A DNA stretch of 32,000 nt from Candidatus Kuenenia stuttgartensis (GTDB lineage Bacteria > Planctomycetota > Brocadiia > Brocadiales > Brocadiaceae). This document shows positions 27,230-32,000 of the stretch, piece by piece. The position numbers and the translations under genes are program-made. Under the pieces are notes generated by a model. That model was not told the DNA's origin. It ran no database searches and saw only the letters and a list, made by a program, of their open reading frames with translations. The stretch's first letter is position 1. Each line of letters starts with the position of its first letter. The stretch covers positions 1,710,001-1,742,000 of the forward strand of contig NZ_LT934425.1 in assembly GCF_900232105.1 (NCBI RefSeq), in the 5' to 3' direction.

Positions 27230-28576
27230 ATGAGTAAAAAACCTACTATTTTATTTACCGACGATGAAGGCACCTTTAGAAACATTATGTCCAAGGAACT
27301 CGACCGGATGGGATATAATGTGACGTGTTGCGCCAGTGGACAGGAAACGATAAAGAATATGCAGGAACGGGATTACGATGTGGCGATACTCGATATGAAT
27401 ATGCCTGTCATGAACGGCATTGAGACCTTAAAAAAAGTGAAAACCATTGAACCCACCACCGAAGTAATAATACTGACAGGACAAGGTTCTATTGAGAATG
27501 CCGTTCAGGCTATAAAGCTGGGCGCATATGACTACCTGACAAAACCATGCCAGCTCAAAGAGCTTGATTTATTATTGCAAAGGGCATTGGAAAAAAGAAA
27601 ACTCAGCAGGGAAAATTTTCATCTCAAGACACTGGTACATGACGTACAAAAACCTTCTTCTATGATAGGAAACAGCCCGGCAATAAAAGCGGTATTTAAA
27701 ATGATCGATAAAACTGCGCCATCTGACGTTACCGTGCTGATCCAAGGAGAAAGCGGCACGGGAAAAGAGCTTGCCGCAAAAATGATACACCAATACAGCA
27801 AAAGAGCGGACAAACCGTTTGTAATAGTAAATTGCGCCACCCTACAGGAATCCTTATTGGAAAGCGAACTCTTCGGGCACGTGAAAGGCGCTTTTACCGG
27901 TGCAGCGGAATCCAGGGTTGGATTATTCGAAATTGCAGAAGGGGGCACACTCTTCCTTGATGAAATCGGCGAATTAACCGTTAACACGCAGGCAAAACTG
28001 CTTCGTGTAATACAATCGGGTGAAATACGGCGTGTTGGTGATAATCGTGTTATCACCGTGGATGCAAGGATTATTGCTGCTACGCATAAAAATCTGCCCC
28101 TAGAGGTTAAGGAAGGCAGATTCAGAGAAGACTTGTATTTTCGTTTAAACGTTATCACCTTGCGCCTGCCTTCTTTACGCGAAAGGAAAGATGACTTAAC
28201 GGCTTTAATTCAGCATTTTCTCCAAAAATTTTGCAAAGGGGAACGAACCATGGATATGCACCCGGAAGCGTTACACGCTATGACGCTCTACGACTGGCCG
28301 GGAAACATTCGGGAACTGGAAAATACTATTGAACGCACTGTTGTACTAGCAGACGGAAATATTATCAGCATAGAGGAATTGCCTGACAATATCCGCGGGA
28401 GGACATATGAACACTATGGTAAAAATGGGGAAATCGCGCTTTCTGAAGTGGAAAAGAATCATATTATACAAGTATTGAAAGAAAAAAACTGGCACAAACC
28501 CCTTGCGGCAAAAACGCTGGGCATCTCCCTGAAAACCTTATATAATAAAATGAAAATGTATAATATTGATTTATAA
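27230..28576 (+). CDS. Sigma-54-dependent response regulator (NtrC family)
   Basis: Receiver domain ILFTDDEG...VAILDMNMPVMNG; AAA+ GESGTGKELAA, GHVKGAFTGA, GGTLFLDEIGE; C-terminal HTH AAKTLGISLKTLYNKMK. Confidence 0.96.
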   Translation: MSKKPTILFTDDEGTFRNIMSKELDRMGYNVTCCASGQETIKNMQERDYDVAILDMNMPVMNGIETLKKVKTIEPTTEVIILTGQGSIENAVQAIKLGAYDYLTKPCQLKELDLLLQRALEKRKLSRENFHLKTLVHDVQKPSSMIGNSPAIKAVFKMIDKTAPSDVTVLIQGESGTGKELAAKMIHQYSKRADKPFVIVNCATLQESLLESELFGHVKGAFTGAAESRVGLFEIAEGGTLFLDEIGELTVNTQAKLLRVIQSGEIRRVGDNRVITVDARIIAATHKNLPLEVKEGRFREDLYFRLNVITLRLPSLRERKDDLTALIQHFLQKFCKGERTMDMHPEALHAMTLYDWPGNIRELENTIERTVVLADGNIISIEELPDNIRGRTYEHYGKNGEIALSEVEKNHIIQVLKEKNWHKPLAAKTLGISLKTLYNKMKMYNIDL

Positions 28577-28590
28577 ATCCCCTTTTTAAG

Positions 28591-28738
28591 CTACACTTTA
28601 GTTTTTTGAAAAATTCCAATAAAAACGATGTTTTGCCACACCGTGTAGTGAGCGAAGCATTCGCTGTAAATTGTCATAAATGCGTTCACACCCAAACGGG
28701 CAAATACTTCGCCCCTTTTTCAAAAACTAAAGTGTTAC
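28591..28738. repeat. MITE-like element with termini matching the 12913-13073 element
   Basis: CTACACTTTAGTTTTTTGAAAAA at the left; right end TTTTTCAAAAACTAAAGTGTTAC is its near-inverse. Internal TGTAGTG + AGCGAAgcaTTCGCT palindrome. Confidence 0.75.
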
Positions 28739-28895
28739 AGATTATTTAGATTTGACAAAATATTTCTCAGCTATTAGGATATATTGTTCCTTTAAAACGG
28801 CATGCCTTTTCCGATTTCTCCTTCGCACTCAGTAAAAAGAGTGATGGGAAAAACTTGCGAAATAGATTTTTTACCGGACAGCACTATAAATACAA

Positions 28896-29294
28896 ATGAA
28901 TACACTATCAGTAAAAACGCGGGCAAAAACAGAGTTTATCGATATCACCGGTGAAGTTCATGCCATTGTGCATAAAACGGGCATTATGGAAGGAATGTGT
29001 TTTGTTTACGTGCCGCACACTACCGCCGCTGTTACCATCAATGAAAACGCCGACCCCTCCGTAAGAAAAGATATTGTTGATGAGATAAATAAAATAGTAC
29101 CATGGAATGATCACTACGCCCATTTGGAAGGGAATTCAGCCTCACATATCAAGGCATCCGTTTTCGGTGCAGCTTCCGCCATCCCTATTTCTCAGGGAAG
29201 GTTAGCGCTTGGGACATGGCAGGGGATTTACTTCTGTGAATTTGATGGCCCAAGGAACAGAGAGGTATTGGTACAAACGGTTAAAAGTGAGTAA
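28896..29294 (+). CDS. YjbQ family protein (UPF0047)
   Basis: 132 aa: GMCFVYVPHTTAAVTINENADPSVRKDI...WNDHYAHLEGNSASHIKASVFGAASAIPISQGRLALGTWQGIYFCEFDGPRNREVLVQ. Confidence 0.93.
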   Translation: MNTLSVKTRAKTEFIDITGEVHAIVHKTGIMEGMCFVYVPHTTAAVTINENADPSVRKDIVDEINKIVPWNDHYAHLEGNSASHIKASVFGAASAIPISQGRLALGTWQGIYFCEFDGPRNREVLVQTVKSE

Positions 29295-30066
29295 TATACA
29301 AACAAAACAAATAATCCCCCTGGAATACCGCTGGAACATAAAGGATGCTATTAAGGTACTCACAACCTACATGGTCTTTACGTTCGCCGGGATGCCGATA
29401 CTCATCAGCTTTATTCAAACCGTTTTTGGTTTCGAGATACAAACCGCTTCCCCTTCATTTCGCACGATGATCTTGTTTGTCTCTTTCCTTGCCAACCTGT
29501 TAATATGTCTCTATATATGCTATATCGTTCGTTTTGAGTATGGACAATCTATTGTCAATTTAGGGCTAACGCTTGTCAATATCGCCGACAATATTAAAAT
29601 AGGGTTGAAAAGATACCTTGTCACAATACCTGTAATAATGCTGGCCGGTTTTATCATAAACGCGGTGTTTAGTTATTATGGTATAATGCCGGAGATACAG
29701 GACGTGGTACAGTGGGTATTGGCCGAGGATTCGGCCATCGTTTTGGCATGTCTCATATTTTTTGGCATTATTGTCGCACCAATTATGGAAGAAATCATAT
29801 TCCGTGGATTTTTAGTCCCTGCGCTGAAAAGTTACTTTGGAATACGATACGCCATTTTTATAAGCGCTGCCGTTTTTGCCGCGGTACACATGGATATGTT
29901 TGCGTTTTTGCAAATATTTATCCTTGGAGTTCTTTTGGGATATTTATATGAGAAAACACAATCCCTTGCCGCCTCCATAGTGGTACATATTTTACATAAT
30001 TCCTTAACACTGGCTCTTTTGATGTACTTTAAGTTCTTTATGGACAGCAAAGTACCGGTGTTTTAA
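29287..30066 (+). CDS. CPBP family intramembrane metalloprotease (CAAX protease-like)
   Basis: Multi-TM; APIMEEIIFRGFLVPAL (EExxxR motif) and FAAVHMD, HILHNSLTL. GTG 29287 start just inside the end of YjbQ; the track start at 29209 would largely overlap that gene. Confidence 0.85.
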   Translation: MSNIQTKQIIPLEYRWNIKDAIKVLTTYMVFTFAGMPILISFIQTVFGFEIQTASPSFRTMILFVSFLANLLICLYICYIVRFEYGQSIVNLGLTLVNIADNIKIGLKRYLVTIPVIMLAGFIINAVFSYYGIMPEIQDVVQWVLAEDSAIVLACLIFFGIIVAPIMEEIIFRGFLVPALKSYFGIRYAIFISAAVFAAVHMDMFAFLQIFILGVLLGYLYEKTQSLAASIVVHILHNSLTLALLMYFKFFMDSKVPVF

Positions 30067-30098
30067 AAAATTATAACAAATTAATTTTATCGCTTAAT

Positions 30099-30130
30099 TA
30101 TACTGCCTGCAAAAAACGGCAGTATATTTT
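30099..30130 (+). terminator. Candidate intrinsic terminator between the CPBP protease gene and tyrS
   Basis: TATACTGCC (30099-30107) / GGCAGTATA (30118-30126) 9-bp stem followed by TTTT. Confidence 0.5.
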
Positions 30131-30151
30131 CCAATAGGAGACGCACCGCCT

Positions 30152-31366
30152 ATGCCGAAAGACGTAAATGAACAAATGGAAATCTTGCTGCGCGGAACAG
30201 TAGATATTGTTTCTAAAGGTGAACTGATAAAAAAAATAGACCGCTCAATGCAGGAAAAAAGGCCGCTTCGCGTAAAACTGGGGCTTGACCCCACTGCGCC
30301 GGATATCCATATAGGGAATGCCATCCCAATTCACAAATTACGGGCGTTCCAGTCGCTGGGGCACACGGCCATTCTCATCATCGGCGACTATACGGCCGTC
30401 GTGGGCGACCCTTCGGGAGTAAACAAGACACGACCAATGATAACGCACGATAAGGTTCTGGAAAACGCGAAAACGTACCTTACCCAGGCTGGGAAAATAC
30501 TCGATATGGATAAGACAGAGGTCGTTTATAACAGCAAATGGTTCAAATCAATGACCTTTAACGACGTCATCCAACTCGTCTCAAAAATGACCGTTGCGCG
30601 AATGATGGAACGGGACGACTTTTCGAAGCGTTATAAGGCAGGTTCTCCCATCAGTCTGCATGAATTTATCTATCCGCTGATGCAGGGATACGACTCCATT
30701 ATGGTAAAGAACGACGTTGAACTTGGGGGTACCGATCAATTATTCAGTCTGCTTGTGGGAAGGGATTTACAGAAGGACGCCGGCATGGAACCGCAGGTAG
30801 TACTTACCACCTCGCTCCTGGAAGGAATCGATGGCAATAAGAAGATGAGTAAAAGCCTAAACAACTACATCGGCATCACCGAACCGCCGCGGGAAATGTT
30901 CGGCAAGGTAATGTCCATCCCCGATAATTTAATGCGCAAATACTTTGAGCTTGCGACGGATGTAAGCATTGAAGATATACAGCAGTTGCTTGACGAAAAA
31001 ACCCATCCACGCACAGCAAAGGTTGCGCTTGCAAAGGCCATAGTAACTCGCTACCACAACCTCCAGGCAGCGGAAGCCGCCGCGGAAGAATTTGACCGTG
31101 TTTTTAAAGAAGGCGCACTTCCGGACGAAATACCCATTATCTCCATACCTGACGGCGAACTTGAAAACGGCAAAATATGGATCACGAAACTCATAGTAAG
31201 CTGTAAATTTGCCGCTACAAACGGCGAGGCGCGCCGGTTGATCCAACAAGGCGGTGTATCTGTAAACAGTGAAACCATTAATGACCCCACGCTAAATATA
31301 GAAATTACGCCGGGTATGACCCTTAAAGTGGGAAAACGCAGATTTGCAAAAATAGTGTTGCAATAG
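30152..31366 (+). CDS. tyrS: Tyrosyl-tRNA synthetase
   Basis: 404 aa: KLGLDPTAPDIHIGNAIPIHKLRAFQ (HIGH-like), LEGIDGNKKMSKSLNNYIGI (KMSKS), C-terminal S4-like domain. Confidence 0.97.
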   Translation: MPKDVNEQMEILLRGTVDIVSKGELIKKIDRSMQEKRPLRVKLGLDPTAPDIHIGNAIPIHKLRAFQSLGHTAILIIGDYTAVVGDPSGVNKTRPMITHDKVLENAKTYLTQAGKILDMDKTEVVYNSKWFKSMTFNDVIQLVSKMTVARMMERDDFSKRYKAGSPISLHEFIYPLMQGYDSIMVKNDVELGGTDQLFSLLVGRDLQKDAGMEPQVVLTTSLLEGIDGNKKMSKSLNNYIGITEPPREMFGKVMSIPDNLMRKYFELATDVSIEDIQQLLDEKTHPRTAKVALAKAIVTRYHNLQAAEAAAEEFDRVFKEGALPDEIPIISIPDGELENGKIWITKLIVSCKFAATNGEARRLIQQGGVSVNSETINDPTLNIEITPGMTLKVGKRRFAKIVLQ

Positions 31367-31569
31367 TAATTGCGCAGGGTGCATTCCCCCCGTTTTTCGG
31401 TAAAAACATTAAACGCAGAGGATTGAATGAGAGACAGAGGTTATAGGTTATATTATTTTCTATCAATCTTACTAAAGAAGGGTTCGCTTAAACAAAAACA
31501 ATACAAGTATTATACAAAAATAGTAGCCGACCCTATTTTACTCCATAATGGGTGATTCCACTCATCTTC

Positions 31570-31926
31570 CTAATGTAATGTTCTTTGGCGGATACACCTT
31601 CTTTCTACAACTGTAAACTTATGCAATATTTGTAAACGGCCACTCCTAAGGATATCTAATAAAATTTGAGCAGGCTCTTCAGGTGTAAAAGGATCTAAAC
31701 GGAAATATACAACGCCAACAGGAGTTACTGATCTATACTTATAGATCAATTCTCCATAATCTTTGTCAAACGTCAAAATTATCCGATTTTCCTCATAAGC
31801 ACGCTTTAAAACATTGAAATCTTTGAGTCCAGGCGTATCTTCAATTACAGATGCTACATTATGACCGTTACCACGTAAGATTCGAATACTGACGCCCGGA
31901 AAATTTTCATTTGCCAAAAAATCCAT
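31570..31926 (-). CDS. DUF5615-like PIN-like toxin component
   Basis: MDFLANENFPGVSIRILRGNGHNVASVIEDTPGLKDFNVLKRAYEENRIILTFDKDYGELIYKYRS...GVVYFRL matches DUF5615/Mut7-C-like PIN-like pattern. Start chosen at 31926 rather than 31974. Confidence 0.82.
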   Translation of the reverse strand: MDFLANENFPGVSIRILRGNGHNVASVIEDTPGLKDFNVLKRAYEENRIILTFDKDYGELIYKYRSVTPVGVVYFRLDPFTPEEPAQILLDILRSGRLQILHKFTVVERRCIRQRTLH

Positions 31927-32000
31927 CAATTTGTCCCTGAAGGAATTGTATATAATGCTTCTTCGCGCATGCACTCGGCTGAAAAGGCAAATACAGCACG
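31926..32000 (-). CDS. Probable DUF433-type antitoxin, C-terminal part only (runs off the window)
   Basis: ...RAVFAFSAECMREEALYTIPSGTN*, stop TGA overlapping the toxin ATG by one nucleotide (TGATG). Confidence 0.5.
   Translation of the reverse strand, partial: RAVFAFSAECMREEALYTIPSGTN

Noticed and set aside
1-32000. tRNA, rRNA, prophage modules, retrons or other multi-gene defence loci
   Set aside because: No cloverleaf-like or rRNA-like sequence, reverse transcriptase, phage structural genes or recognisable defence cluster was seen by eye; a tRNAscan/Infernal run would be needed to exclude small RNAs formally.

Overview
Mostly a housekeeping/chromosomal window, AT-rich with several repeat-laden intergenic gaps. 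Gene content is compatible with an anammox-type planctomycete; that is inference, not tested. Supported genes include a truncated ISAs1-like transposase fused to a DUF4338 (DruA-like) domain, a 1336-aa tandem GT-C/PMT membrane protein with two C-terminal PA14 repeats, a DUF4159 protein, an ABC ATPase/permease/TPR-like cluster, a membrane pyrophosphatase (hppA), zinc ribbon, rsfS, rpsU, trpD, pyruvoyl-dependent arginine decarboxylase, argJ, miaB, a cysteine hydrolase, a CPA1 antiporter, a DEDD exonuclease, a decayed NCS2 permease, mazG, a porin-like protein, a histidine kinase/sigma-54 regulator pair, YjbQ, a CPBP protease, tyrS, and a DUF433/DUF5615-like toxin-antitoxin pair at the right edge. 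I did not find a clear new defence or multi-gene system. The best second-look items are the DUF4338-ISAs1 fusion, the GT-C/GT-C/PA14/PA14 protein, a family of nested-palindrome MITE-like elements (12771-12900, 12913-13073, 28591-28738), two related 7-bp-period arrays (6971-7054, 21274-21322), a perfect 24-bp-arm palindrome (17750-17798), and two translation-start oddities (a possible ACG start for rsfS; a 5-codon minigene overlapping the hppA start).
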